64,000 nucleotides of DNA from Malacoraja senta (taxonomy: Eukaryota), in assembly GCA_038087875.1 (NCBI GenBank), contig CM075995.1, positions 1,676,001-1,740,000 of the forward strand, given 5' to 3'. The position numbers and the translations under genes were made by a program. Of this stretch, positions 38,838 to 51,490 are shown in pieces (positions within the stretch are counted from its first letter, which is position 1; the number at the start of each line of letters is the position of its first letter). The notes under the pieces are model-generated. The model did not search any database, was not told where the DNA came from, and saw only the letters and a program-made list of their open reading frames with translations.

Positions 38838-39870
38838 AAAGGGTGGTGCTGTCAGCGATGGCAGCCTCGCCAACAGTCTGTCTGTCTTTTCGTCTTTTTT
38901 TTGTTATTTTTAGTGTGTTTTAAAAGTTTGTGTTCAGGGCCTGTCCCACTGTACGAGGTAATTCAAGAGCTCTCCCGAGTTTAAAAAAGAATCAAACTGG
39001 TGGTAAGTACGTAGAATTTGCGTAGCGGGTACGTCAGAGCTCGGGACGTCTCTTAGCGGCTCGTAAAGCTAACGGCAGGTACTCGGGAAACGCAGTAAGC
39101 TGGTGAAGATTTTTCAACATGTTGAAAAATGTCCACGAGAGCCCCGAGTACCCACGAGCGGCTATTACCGTAATTCTCCGAGTTCGAATCAGGGGAAACT
39201 AGGGAGAACTCTTGAATTACCTCGTACAGTGGGACAGCCCCTTTAATGTTCTCTGGTTTGTTTTATGTGAGGGGTGGGGGGAGGCGGTAGGTGGAAACTT
39301 TTTTTCAATCTCTTACCTTGCCGGAGATGCGATTATTTTCCGGATCGTATCTCCGGTCGCTCTGCGGCCTAACATCGTGGAGCTGGCAGCCTTGCTTGGG
39401 ACTGACTTTGAGCCCCACCACGGGGCCGTGGTCTTACCATTGGAGCCGATCCCCTATCTGGGATCGACGCTCCAACCGCGGCCTGCGGACTTCACAGTCT
39501 CGGGTAGAGACCGAGGTCGGGAAGCTCCAAACGACGCAGAAGGTTCGACCAGCCCCGACCCGGGGTCAGATCGCCCGGCGCGGGGAGCTTGATCGCTCCG
39601 AAGAGGAGGTCCCGACCGCCGGCTACGGGAGCCAAGATCACCCCATCAACTCAAGGCCCCCGCCCACGGGAGAACAAAGAAGGGAAGAGATTGAATTTTT
39701 TTTCGCCTTCCATCACAGTGAGGAATGTGGAGGAGTCACTGTGGTGGATGTTTATGTTAAAGTGGATTTTGTGTGTCTTGTTGTTTTTTATTGGTATGAC
39801 TGTATGGCAAATCAAATTCTTGTATGTTGCAAAACATACTTGGCTAATAAAGTATGATTATGATTATGAT
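38838..39870 (+). mobile_element. GC-rich non-coding retro-element with (ATGATT)n tail, split by MITE 5
   Basis: Ends TTGGCTAATAAAGTATGATTATGATTATGA; the same 3' end occurs on the minus strand at about 61713-62205. Confidence 0.65.
38936..39242. mobile_element. PIF/Harbinger-type MITE 5
   Basis: TIR AGGGCCTGTCCCACTGTACGAGGTAATTCAAGAG; same family as MITE 7 in the opposite orientation. Confidence 0.85.
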
Positions 39871-40418
39871 TTTGAAGCAGAACTTTGGAAACCAATCTAT
39901 TTTTTTGCAACATTTTTGGCTGACCCAAAAACACATTCTTTTTTGGATGTTATTTCTGACAAAAATAACAGTGCAGCGAGGGAACAAAGATTCATCTCAC
40001 ATAATCAATTGTGCATGCACGAGAGTTTAGTTGTGTTTAGTTCATTGTCACATGTACCGAGGTACAGTGACAATACGCAATCAAGGGATTTGGGGAGAAA
40101 GCAGGGACGGGGTACTGATTTTGGATAATCAGCCAAGATCATATTGAATGGCGGTGCTGGCTCAAAGGCCGAATGGCCTATTCCTGCACCTATTTTCTAT
40201 GTTTCTAATAGCTTCTTGTTGGGTGCTAACCAGTCAGTGGAAAGACAATACATGGTTACAATTGAGCCGTTCACAGTACATGATAAGGGGAATTACGTGA
40301 ATAACGTTTTGTGCAAGAGAGGTGTATGAGATCATGAGGGGAATAGATGGGGTGAATGCACAGAGCCTTTTACCCAGAGTGGGGGAATCAAGAAGCAGGG
40401 GACGTGGGTTTAAGGTGA

Positions 40419-40765
40419 AGTAAGTAAATCATTTTTATTTATATAGCACTTTTAAATCAAATCACATTGAAGCCAAAGTGCTTTACAGAGAAGAAATTAG
40501 ATTACCATACATCCATATAAAAGAAACAAAGAAAAAAAGACACAATACACTATAGGATTCACCATGAACGTCCCCCCACAGCAGAATCAACACTTTCCAC
40601 TGTGAGGGAAGGCACCAAAAAGTCCAGTCCTCCTCCTCCTCCTCCTAGTCCACCTGAGGTCGGGGCCTATTTGAGGCCTCCGCAGCCAGTCGCCGCAACG
40701 GCGGCCCGATGTTATAGGCCCTCTTGCCGGGAAGATGGAACTCCGGCGTCGGGTGAACACTCAAA
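40419..40765 (-). mobile_element. 3' part of a GC-rich element with L2-type tail, inserted in a CR1
   Basis: Core GCCTTCCCTCACAGTG shared with 21495 and 39705; tail GTAAAGCACTTTGG...GTGCTATATAAATAAA. Confidence 0.6.
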
Positions 40766-40877
40766 GGGAGGAAAGATTTAACAGAAACCCGAGGGGAAAC
40801 TTTTTCCACATAAAGAGTGATGGGTATATGGAACTTGCTGCCAGGATGACATGATGGTAGAGTTGCTGCCTCATCGA

Positions 40878-42091
40878 GTCAAAGAGTCATAGATAGATAG
40901 AGTCAGAGATTAATACAGTGTGGAAACAGGCCCTTCGCCCCAACTCGCCCACACCGGCCAACAATGTCCCAGCTACCCAAGTCCCACTTGCCTGCGCTTG
41001 GTCCATAACCCTCCAAGCCTGTCCTATCCATGTACCTGTTCAACTGTTTCTTAAATGATTGCCTCAACGACCTCCTCTGGCAGCTTGTTCCATACAGCCA
41101 CCACCCTCTGTGTGTAAAAGGTACCTCTCGGATTCTTATTAAATCTTTTCCCCTTCACCTTGAACCTATGTCCTCTGGTCCTCGATTCCCCTACTCTGGG
41201 TAAAAGACTCTGTGCATCTACCTGATCTATTCCTCTGATGATTTTGTACACCTCTATAAAATCTCCCCTCATCCTACTGCGCTCCATGGATTAGAGACCC
41301 AGCCGACTCAACCTCTCCCTATAGCTCACACCCTCTAGTCCTGGCAACATCCTTGTGAATCTTTTCTGAACCCTTTCAAGCTTGACAATATCTTTCCTAT
41401 AACATGGTGCCCAGAACTGAACACAATATTCTAAATGCGGCCTCACCAACATCTAATACAACTGCAACATGACCTCTCAACTTCTATACTCAATACTCTG
41501 ACTAATGAAGGCTAAAATGCCAAAAGACTTTTGGACCACCTTATCTGGCGACTCAACCTTCAAGGAACCATGCACCTGTACTCCTAGATCCCTCTGCTCT
41601 ACAACACTACCCAGAGGCCTACCATCTACTGTGTTGGTCCAGCCCTTGTTCGATGTCCCAAAATGCAACACCTCACACTTCACTGTATTAAATTCCATCA
41701 ACCATTCCTCCGCCCACCTGGCCAATCGATCCAGATCCTGCTGCAATCTTTCACAACTATCTGCAAAACCACTAACTTTTGTATCATCAGCATACTTGCT
41801 AATCTTGCCCTATATGTTCTCATCCAAATCATTGATGTAGATGACAAACAGTAACGGGCCCAGCACCGAACCCTGAGGCACACCACTAGTCACAGGCTTC
41901 CAGTCTGAGAAGCAACCTTCCACCATTATCTTCTGCTTCCTTCCATGGAGCCAATTTGCTATCCATTCATCTATCTCTCCTTGGATCCCATGAGATCTAA
42001 CTTTCCAGAGCAGCCTACCATGCAGCACCTTGTCGAACACCTTACTAAAGTCCATGTACACAACATCTACAGCTCTGCCTTCATCAACCTT
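40878..42091 (-). mobile_element. CR1 ORF2 RT-to-3' end, decayed (HER1-like tail)
   Basis: [45 protein letters not shown]. Confidence 0.9.
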
Positions 42092-42104
42092 TTGAGGTTG
42101 AGGT

Positions 42105-42505
42105 CAGCCAGAGACCTGGGTTCGATCCCGATTACGGGTGCTGTCTGTACGGAGTTTGTACGTTCTCCCCGTTATCTGCCCGGGTTTTCACCGAGATCTT
42201 CAGTTTCCTCCCACACGCCAAGGACATACAGGTTTGTAGGCTAATTGGCTTGGTATAAATGTAAATTGTCCCAAGTATAGTGTTAATGTGCGGGGATCGC
42301 TTGTCGGTGCGGACTCGGTGGGCTGTTTCCGCGCTGTTTCTCTAAAACTAAAACTAAAACAATTTGGTTTGATATGAATGTAAATTGTCCCTGGTGTTTG
42401 TAGGATAGTGTTAGTGTGCTGGTCGGTGCGGACTCAGTGGGCCGAAGGGCCTGTTTCCTCGCTGTATCTCTAAACTAAACTAAAGTAAACTAAACTAAAC
42501 TAAAG
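42105..42505 (+). mobile_element. HE1-like V-SINE with a duplicated 3' portion
   Basis: Two successive tails. Confidence 0.8.
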
Positions 42506-43020
42506 GAGGTAGTTGAGGCAGGTATTATTACAAGATTTCAAAGACATTTGGACAGGTACATGGATAGGAAAGGTTTAGAAGGATATAGGCCAAACATGGG
42601 CAGGTGGGACTCGTATTGATGGGGCATCTTTGTCGGCGTGGGTAAGATGGGCCAAAGGGTCTGTTTCCATGCTGTATGACACTACGACTTTACGACAATT
42701 GATTAATAAGGGTGTCAAAGTTTGTGGGGAGAAGGCAGGAGAATGGGGTTGAGACGGAAAGATAGTTCAGTCATGATTGAATGGTGGAGTAGACTCGATG
42801 GACTAATTCTGCTCCTATGACTTATGAACTTATGAACTTGCGTTTAGTTTAGTTTAATTTATTGTCACGTGTACAGTGAAAAGCTTTTGTTGCATGCTAA
42901 CCAGTCTATCTCTCCCTCCTAACCTCATACACCACAGAATGAGGCCCTTCGGTCCAATTCAATTCCATGCTGACCAAGGTTTCCATCCACACTGGTCTCA
43001 CCGGCCCATGTTTGTTAAAT

Positions 43021-43492
43021 TCAGTTCAGTTTAGTTTATTGTCACGTGTACCGAGGTACAATGAAAAGCTTTTGTTGCGTGCTATCCAGTCAGCGGAAAT
43101 ACAATACATGATTACAATCGAGCCATTGACAGTGTACAGATACATGATAAGGGAATAACGTTTAGTGCAAGGTAAAGGCGGCAAAGTCCTGTCAAGGATA
43201 ATCCAAGGGGCACCCAAGAGGTAGATAGTAGTTCAGCACTGCTCTCTAGTTGTGGTAGGATGATTCAGTTGCCTGATAACAGCTGGGAAGATACTGTCCC
43301 TGAATCTAGAGGTGTGCGTTTTCACACTGCTATATCATTTGCCCGATGGGAGAGGGGAGAAGAGGGAGTGTCCGTGGTGCGACTGGTCCTTGATTATGCT
43401 GCTGGCCTTGCCGAGGCACCGTGAGGTATAAATGGAGTCAATGGAAGGGAGGTTGGTTTGGGCTGCGTCCACAATTCGCTACGGTTTCTTGC
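43021..43492 (-). mobile_element. Rex1/Babar-type LINE 3' end
   Basis: Matches 131-372; ends GTGACAATAAAC(TAAAC/TGAAC)n. Confidence 0.75.
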
Positions 43493-44359
43493 AGAGATGA
43501 CAACTGGTGACAAAATGGCGACGTCTTTGAAACCGCGCCAACGTTTCACACAGACTGGACTTGTATAATGGCCAAGTTCAGAACTGATTTTTAAAAAATT
43601 GTGTTGAACCCTAACTGCACAGTAATCCCAAAGGAAGGTTTTGATTTTTTGTTAATACTGTAAAAATGGCATGTGTTTTAACCCTACGGGTACTGGCACA
43701 AGGCTGGAAAAGTTATTCTGCTCAAAGTACAAATTGTGTTAATGGATTTAAGGAACTGCGATGGTAAACATGATACGATTAGTCAAGCTAGTTCTCAATT
43801 CCAAATAAAACAAGTAGTGTGTTTAAAATCTATTCAAATCTGCATCCATTTAAAATGTTTTTCATGGGCCCTTGAGCATGGATCACGACCTGTACTGACA
43901 AATGTTCCCCCCTTCATTCATTCACCTCATCAACGATCTTGCTGTCCACTGTCCGAGAACTGTCATTTCAAAAATCAACGTGTGGCCACATTTGGAGGAG
44001 ACTGACGCATCTTTGATTAGTAACGGAGGTGTAGCGGTGATTAGTCAGCGACACGGTGGCGCCGCAATAGAGTTGCCGCCTTACAGCGCCAGAAACCCGG
44101 GTTCGACTCTGACCACGGATGCTTGTCTGTATGGAGTTGAGGCCAATTGTCCCTAGTGTGTGTAGGATAGTGTTAATGTGTGGGGATTGCTGGTCGTTGT
44201 GGACTCGGTGGGCTGAAGCACTATTTCCGCGCTGTATCTCTAAACTAATCTAAGTAACAATCTCCCTGCATCTCCACAATAAAGCCCTTTGTAGATTTCA
44301 ATTGTTTTGTCTTTTATTTTAACAAACTCTGAAGAGTATAGTCCCAGTCAATTCAAGTA

Positions 44360-45367
44360 TCTATCTATCTATCTATTTGTCTGTCTGTCTGCCTGTCTGT
44401 CTGTCTGTCTGCCTGTCTGTCTATCTGTCTATCTATACATCCATCTATCCATCTATCTATCTATCTATACATCTTCTATCTGCACATAACTAAATCTCTG
44501 ATCTTATGCTCTTCCGGTTTGCGGGGTGTTTCTATTTGCGCAAAGACGGTACACGTTAGCGCTACGATTTTTCGCCAAGTTACTCACCGTTCTCGTGTGC
44601 TGCGAGTGCAACAAGTTTTGTTCCAAACGGTGGTATATTGTAAAAGTTATCAAGGTTTAAAAATCTTAAAAACCACGCGTGCGCAGATTCCTTCCATCAG
44701 CGTCACGCAGATTGGTCTCTTTCCTGTCAGTCAATACGTCGGCCGGGATGGCGACGCCTCTTCCTGCTCCACCGGCAGCGGCCTGTCCCGCCTCACTCAC
44801 AAACTCCTCTCTCCCCTCCTCACATTAACTTGTCTATCGTCCACCCCACCACCGGCAGCAGCCACGGGGAGGGGGGGGGGGTTCAGTGGAGGCCCAGTGG
44901 AGCCCAGTGGAGGCCCTGGTCCCGTCTCTCTCTCCCTCATCACTCACCCCTCTCCCCTGCCTGCCCTCTGCAGCAATGGCGGGTCCCGTCTACCCGTCCC
45001 TCCGGATCCGTCTCCTCCTCCACCGCCGTTGCGGTAACTCACCCTCACGGCCTTCTCGAGGAGATCTTCTCCACCAGCTCATCTAAACTCATGGTGCCCA
45101 CCGTGACAAACACCGACTCAATTCCCCCCCCCCCCCCCGGCGGCCCTGCGGCGGCAGCGAGCAGGCAGGTAGGCGGGTGGGCAGGGCGGGGATGGGCCGA
45201 GAGGCAGCAGCAGGCGGGTGGGCAAGGCGGGGATGGGACGAGCGGTAGCAGCGGGCGGTCGGACAGGACGCGGACGGGCCGAGCGGTGGCTGAGTCGGAG
45301 TGGGCAGAGGGAGGGAGGGAGAGTCGGGTTGCAGGTTGGCCGAGCAGTTTGAGCGGAGTTTGAGTAA

Positions 45368-45409
<42 letters not shown>

Positions 45410-45792
45410 GGTCCAATCATCAAGTCAACGGGATCTAAACCACAGCTAACAATGAATGACCTGTGGATGCTGCTTTTTATGGATGGAGGGAGGGAGTGAC
45501 TGAGGATAGGGGAAAGGAGAGGGAGGGAGAGGTGAGGAAGGGATTGGGGAGGGGAGGAGAGGGGAAAGAAGAGGGAGGGTGAAGAGGAGGGGGAGGGAGT
45601 GCTGGAGGATGAGGGGCAATGAACCGTGTCTGCGCAGTTGTGGGCTGTGCATGAGTGGTGGAATATTGCGTTGGGGAGACGGGTTGCATTGGGGGAACGG
45701 GTGAATGGTGGAATATTGCATTGGGGAACGGGATGCGTTGGGGGACCAGGCCTCCTGTGTGACAGGGACCCAACGGTTCCCACTTAGTCTAG
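44360..45792 (+). mobile_element. Non-autonomous Helitron-like element B
   Basis: A|TC start in a (TCTA/TCTG)n tract, hairpin GGGACC-CAAC-GGTTCC at 45765-45780, terminal CTAG|T, no TSD; internal (CA)n. Confidence 0.78.
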
Positions 45793-45808
45793 TGTTACAT
45801 CGCATAGA

Positions 45809-46847
45809 GTAGGTATGTTACAATACTTACCTTCAGCAGTGCTGCAGTTCTGCCACTGGCTGTGTGCGCGATTTTGGCGCCTTTGAGGGGGGACGGGGTT
45901 AAAACGCGGGTTTCTCCTACCTTGTCCTGGATTATATTTCGTTGGAGTGCCAGCGTTTGCTGAAAAATCGTTCCGACGGGCGTTTTGTGTAATTTTTATT
46001 TTTATTCGATCGATAAGTTCAGCGCTGGAGATATTTTAAAATCAGCTTCGAAAGCCGTCAACGCCGACAACGGGGACGGATTTCACGCACGGGACAGGTA
46101 AACGAAAGCAGTTTATTTTAATGTATAAAAGTGCTTCTTAAGAGGCCTTTAATTCACATTTTAAAATGTGAAACGGTGATTCTTTTCCCCGAACTAACGG
46201 CAGAATTTTTCATGCCGATACGGGGTTAAATTCACCGCCAATCAACGTTCCAAATGATCGCGTTCTAGAAAACCCCACTCGCAAGATGATTTAAATGCCC
46301 ATTAATTTACAGGTATTAAACATTAAATTCCTTCCATTTGGCCATGACAATGAGATTTAAAAATTATGTTATGTTATATCGTGAATTCTTGTGTGAATGT
46401 TATTTGGACACTTAGGCTATTTAAAAATGTTAATCTATTCTTAAGAAATTGATAGATGTTTAGATCTAGTAATTGAATTTTGTAATTAGCTACAATTAGG
46501 TAACTAACTAATTATATGCTTTAATTTCATGTCATCTAAGTAAGATTGTTTCATATTTGTTTCAGAATGCTTCAATCTATAATAACTGAAATTTCTTTCA
46601 GTTCTCTTAATTTTTAAGAAAGTTATGGGCTTTTGACTGTCCTCGATCACAGCTTTTGTGTTAAGTCAATGGAAAAGCAATAGGGAACAAGATGCTAATT
46701 TCCGAGTATGAAAATGGCCATAACTTTTTTAATACTGAAGATATGAAAGTGAATTAGGTGTCAAATTAAACTTCTTTTTATGCTTTATCTGATGGGATAA
46801 ATTACAGACTTTATTTTCAAAATCTCAAAATGTTGTAACATTGCTAC
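45809..46847. mobile_element. Unclassified non-autonomous DNA transposon
   Basis: 15-bp imperfect TIR GTAGGTATGTTACAA / TTGTAACATTGCTAC; flanks ATAGA and GTAGA. Confidence 0.5.
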
Positions 46848-46909
46848 GTAGAGTAGAAACAAGGAACTGCAGGTGCTGGTTTACACAAAGGGACACAAAG
46901 TGCTTCAGG

Positions 46910-46937
46910 CTGAAGAAGGGTCTCGATCCGAAACGTC
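46910..46937 (+). ncRNA. Minimal hammerhead-ribozyme-like motif within an inverted pLTR pair (about 46855-47040)
   Basis: CTGAAGA-A-GGGTCTCGATCC-GAAA-CGTC. Confidence 0.55.
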
Positions 46938-47230
46938 ACCTATTCCTTCTCTCCGGAGATGCTGCCTGTTCCGCTGAGTTACTCCAGCAATTTGTGTCCA
47001 TTTCTGGTGTAAGCCAGCACCTGCAGTTACTTCTTACACAAACAACTATCTTACTTCTGTACTCAAAGCCTCTCACAACAAAATCTGACGCTCCTAGATC
47101 ACCTGCGCAGTAGCCTTTAATGACTTGCGTATCTTTGAACATCACCAGGCGGCATGGTGGCGTAGCGGTATAGCTTGCAGCCCCGGAGACCCGGGTTCGA
47201 TCCCGACTACGGCTGCTGTCTCCTGCCTCT

Positions 47231-47735
47231 TGCAGCGTAGATTTACAAGGTTAATTCCCGGGATGGCGGGACTGTCATATGCTGAGAGAATGGAGCGGCT
47301 GGGCTTGTACACTCTGGAGTTTAGAAGGATGAGAGGGTATCTCATTGAAACATATAAGATTGTTAAGGGCTTGGATACGCTAGAGGCAGGAAACATGTTC
47401 CCGATGTTGGGGGAGTCCAGAACCAGGGGCCACAGTTTAAGAATAAGAGGTAAGCCATTTAGAATGGAGATGAGGAAACACTTTTTCTCACAGAGAGTTG
47501 CGAGCCTGTGGAATTCTCTGCCTCAGAGGGCGGTGGAGGCCGGTTCACTGGATGCTTTCAAGAGAGAGCTAGATAGGGCTCTCAAAAATAGCGGAGTCAG
47601 GGGATATGGGGAGAAGGCAGGAACGGGGTACTGATTGGGGATGATCAGCCATGATCACATTGAATGGCGGTGCTGGCTCGAAGGGCCAAATGGCCTACTC
47701 CTGCACCTATTGTCTATTGTCTATTGTCTATTGTC
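47231..47735 (+). mobile_element. Young CR1 3' fragment inserted in a V-SINE (about 47148-47940)
   Basis: Open frame QRRFTRLIPG...GTGY; (ATTGTCT)n tail. Confidence 0.9.
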
Positions 47736-48504
47736 TGTGCTCACGTGGGTTTTCTCTGAGATCTTCGGTTACCTCCCACACTCCAAAGACGTACAGGTAT
47801 GTAGGTTAATTGGCTTGGTGTATGTGTAAATTGTCCCTAGTGGGTGTAGGACAGTGTTAATGTGCGGGGATAGCTGGTTGGCACGGACTCAGTGGGCCGA
47901 AGGGCCTGTTTCCTCACTGTATCTCTAAACTAAACTAAACACTACACAATCTCGCGACATTTGACAAATACTCCGCATTAGTGAAATTTGCATCAAAGTG
48001 GACAACCTCATTTTTTTTTCACTTTATATTCCACCTGCCATGCCTTCGCCCTCTCACCTAACTTGCCCATATCCCTTCGAAACACTTTGGCATTTGTCTC
48101 TGCATTCACAATCAAACCAAGAAACCATCTGACATGGAAATGTGAAATGTTGTCATTGTCAGATTGTCACATTCATAAGTGTTAGGAGCAGAATTAGGCC
48201 ATTCGGCCCATCTAGCCTACTGTGCCATTCAATCATGACTGATCTATCTCTCCCTCCTAACCCCATTGTCCTGCGTTCTCCCCACAACTCCTTACTGCAC
48301 GGAAACAGGCCCTTCAGCCCAACTCATCCATGCTGACCAACGTACCCTCCTGACCAAGTCCCATCTGCCTGCATTTGGCCCATATCCCTCTAAACCATTT
48401 ATCCAAATGTCTTTTAAACATTGCATCCGTCTCTACTTCATCTGACAGCTCGTTTAAATCTTTTCCCTCTCGGCTTAAAAGATTGGCTTAAAACCTTGTC
48501 TTAG

Positions 48505-48810
48505 TTTTTAGTCTAGTTTAGAGGGACAGCGTGGAAATGCCCTTCGGCCCACCGAGTCCGTGTCGACCAGCGATCACCCATACACTGGTTCTATCCTACA
48601 CACTAGGGACAATTTTTACAGAAGCCAATTAACCTACAAACCTGTACGTCTTTGGAGTGTGGGGGGAAACCGGAGCACCCGGAGAAAACCCACGCAGTCA
48701 CATGGGAGAACGTACAAACTCCGTGTAGACAGCACCCATAGTCAGGATCGAACCCGGGTCTCTGGCGCTGTAAGGCAGCAACTCTACCACTGCGCCACCG
48801 TGCCGCCCCT
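48505..48810 (-). mobile_element. HE1-like V-SINE
   Basis: A and B boxes, core and tail. Confidence 0.85.
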
Positions 48811-50136
48811 GTGTGGCCTCTAGTTTTAGACTCTCTTACCTTGGGGGAAAAAACTGTAATCATCCGCTTTATTTATACTTCTCTCATCTGACCCTCAACT
48901 AAATCATTGAAGTAGGTCATGAACAGCTGGGGTCCCAGAGATTGATCCCTGTGGTATCATCACGTGGCCAATCTCATCCCCACAGAAGGAATCACTCCTT
49001 GTCACAGTCTGAAATGGACGATTCCTTGTTCTGAGACCATGCCCCTCGATTTACCAGGCAGAAAATAGTCATACAGTCATACGGTGTGTAAACAGGCCCA
49101 CTTGCCCACACATGCCCAACATATCCCATCTGCACTAGGCTCACCTGCCTGCGTTTGGCCCACATTCCTCTAAACCTGCCCTATCCATGTACCTGCTAAC
49201 AGCCAGGTGCAGAGGAATAAACCTCAAAGTTGGTCTTTATGAGTTTTGAATGCGTGTAACTTAAACCAGGTTTCTCCTGCTTTACATATGACATACAACA
49301 ACCAGGAGAGCAGATGCTTTGTCCGTGGCCATAGTCTGGCCATAGGTTGTAGGAGTAGAATTAGGCTGTTCGGCCCATCATGTCTACTCCGCCATTCAAT
49401 CATGGCTGATCTATCTTTCCCTCTTAACCGCGTTCTCCTGCCTTCTCCCCATAACCCCTGACACCCTTACTGATCAAGACCACATGGGTTTCCTCCAGGT
49501 TTTCATAAGTTCTAGGAGTGGAATTAAGCTAATCGGCCTATCGAGTCTAATCCGCCATTCAATCCTGGTTGATCGATCCCCCTCTCAACCCCATTCTCCT
49601 GCCTCCTCCACACAACCCCAGACACCCGTGCCAACCAAGAATCTATCAATCTCTGCTTTAAAAATGTCACTTGTCTTGGCCTCCACAGCCATCTGTGGCA
49701 ATGAATTTCACAGATTCCCGCTCTGTGACTGAAGAAATTCCTCCTCGTCTCCTTGAAACCGTGCTCCAGTTTCCTTCCACATCCCAACGATGTGTTTGTA
49801 GGTTAATTGTCCTCTGTAAATTGCCCCTAGTGTGTAGGGAATGGATGAGAGCGTGCAATACCATAGGACTAGTGTGAACAGGTGAGTTAAATGTAGCTCT
49901 TAGGACCAACGGAATCAAGGGATATGGGGAGAAAGCAGGAACGGGGTACTGACTTCGGACAATCAGCCATGATCATATTGAATGGTGGTGATGGTTCGAA
50001 GGGCCGAATGGCCCACTCCTGCACCTACTTTCTATGTTTCTATGATAGGAGGTGTGGCCGTAGGGCCTGCATCTGTACAGTATCTCTGAACTAAACTGAA
50101 AATGATCATTTGCTAAACCACCGTTAAGCTACTGTA

Positions 50137-50319
50137 CACAAAAAAGCTGGAGAAACTCTGCGGGTGCAGCAGCATCTATGGAGCGAAGGAAATAGGCAAC
50201 GTTTCGGCCCGAAACGTTGCCTATTTCCTTCGCTCCATAGATGCTGCTGCACCCGCTGAGTTTCTCCAGCTTTTTTGTGTACCTTCGATTTTCCAGCATC
50301 TGCAGTTCCTTCTTTAACA
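50137..50319. mobile_element. Short palindromic Penelope-derived insertion with 15-bp TSD
   Basis: CGTTAAGCTACTGTA at 50122-50136 and 50320-50334; about 70-bp inverted arms centred on TTTCGGCCCGAAA. Confidence 0.82.
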
Positions 50320-50343
50320 CGTTAAGCTACTGTAGGTGGATTA

Positions 50344-50448
50344 TGGGCCTGTCCCACTTAGACGATTTTTCAGCGGACTGCCGGCGACTGTTAAGTTGCC
50401 GGCAGTCGCCTGAAAAACTGGCAACGGGAACGGCGACTGTCAGAGTGG

Positions 50449-50493
<45 letters not shown>

Positions 50494-51172
50494 CGCTTCC
50501 TTCACCAGCCCATTATGCAGACGGGGGACAGGGCAAGCGGGGGGGTGGGGGAGCGCTGTCTAAAAAATTCACATGATGCAAAGCCGAGGTGAAACAGACA
50601 CACACCGCGATGAACATGAAGGTTGGCGCTGTAATAAGGACGGCTAAAGCACAGTGTACGGTAAGTCCTTTAAAAGAGGGGGGGGAGGGGGAGAGGGGGA
50701 GAAGGGGAGAGAAGGAGTGGAGACAACTTTTAAGAAACCAGATACACGGCTGTGAAGCTCGGCGGACATTTAACATTACCGGTCGGTTATCCTTGGTTCT
50801 GAAAACTACTGATTAACCTTTTTTTCCCAATGAGCCAATGAAATTCACCGGTCAGCACCGGCTACAACCTACGAGAACCTCCGAGAACCTTCGACCTCCT
50901 GGCAACCCACTAGGACCACCTGGCAACCCACCTACGGCACGAGCATTCTCGCTGCTCTTCATTGCGGCTTCATTCTAGTCTCCGCTAATTTTTAACATGT
51001 TGAAAAATTCACGGCGACCATAATGAGGCCGCGACCAGTTCCCAGAATGCGGGAACTCCTCACGACCATGAAGGCGACTCCCCGGCAACCACCCGCGAAC
51101 ATGTGGCGACCATGTGGTGACCGCATAGTCTCCTGTAGTCGCCTAAAAAGTCGTCTAAGTGGGACAGGCCCA
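50344..51172. mobile_element. PIF/Harbinger-type MITE 6
   Basis: TIR TGGGCCTGTCCCACTTAGACGA; flanks TTA and TAA; internal (CA)n. Confidence 0.85.
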
Positions 51173-51490
51173 TAAGGAAGTGGTTTTTTTTGGAGAAAAG
51201 TACAGGAATTCAGTGGAATGTTATGCTATCCAGAAATGATTAGCAAAACCTTTTATCGCATCTGAAATCAGAGATAGCATATTCAGATTTTCCAAGACTG
51301 CAGCTTTAACTCAGCTCACAGCTTCCATTTAAATTTAGTTCTATCTTTGATCATCTTTTGATAATCAACTCCCTGCGGGGGGGAAACAACAAAATCACAC
51401 GCAGAGAGAGTTGAAAACTTTCTTTTGAAAACTAATTTTTCCGAATTGGAACAAACGACAACAGGCAAAAAAAACCCACATGCTCCACTA

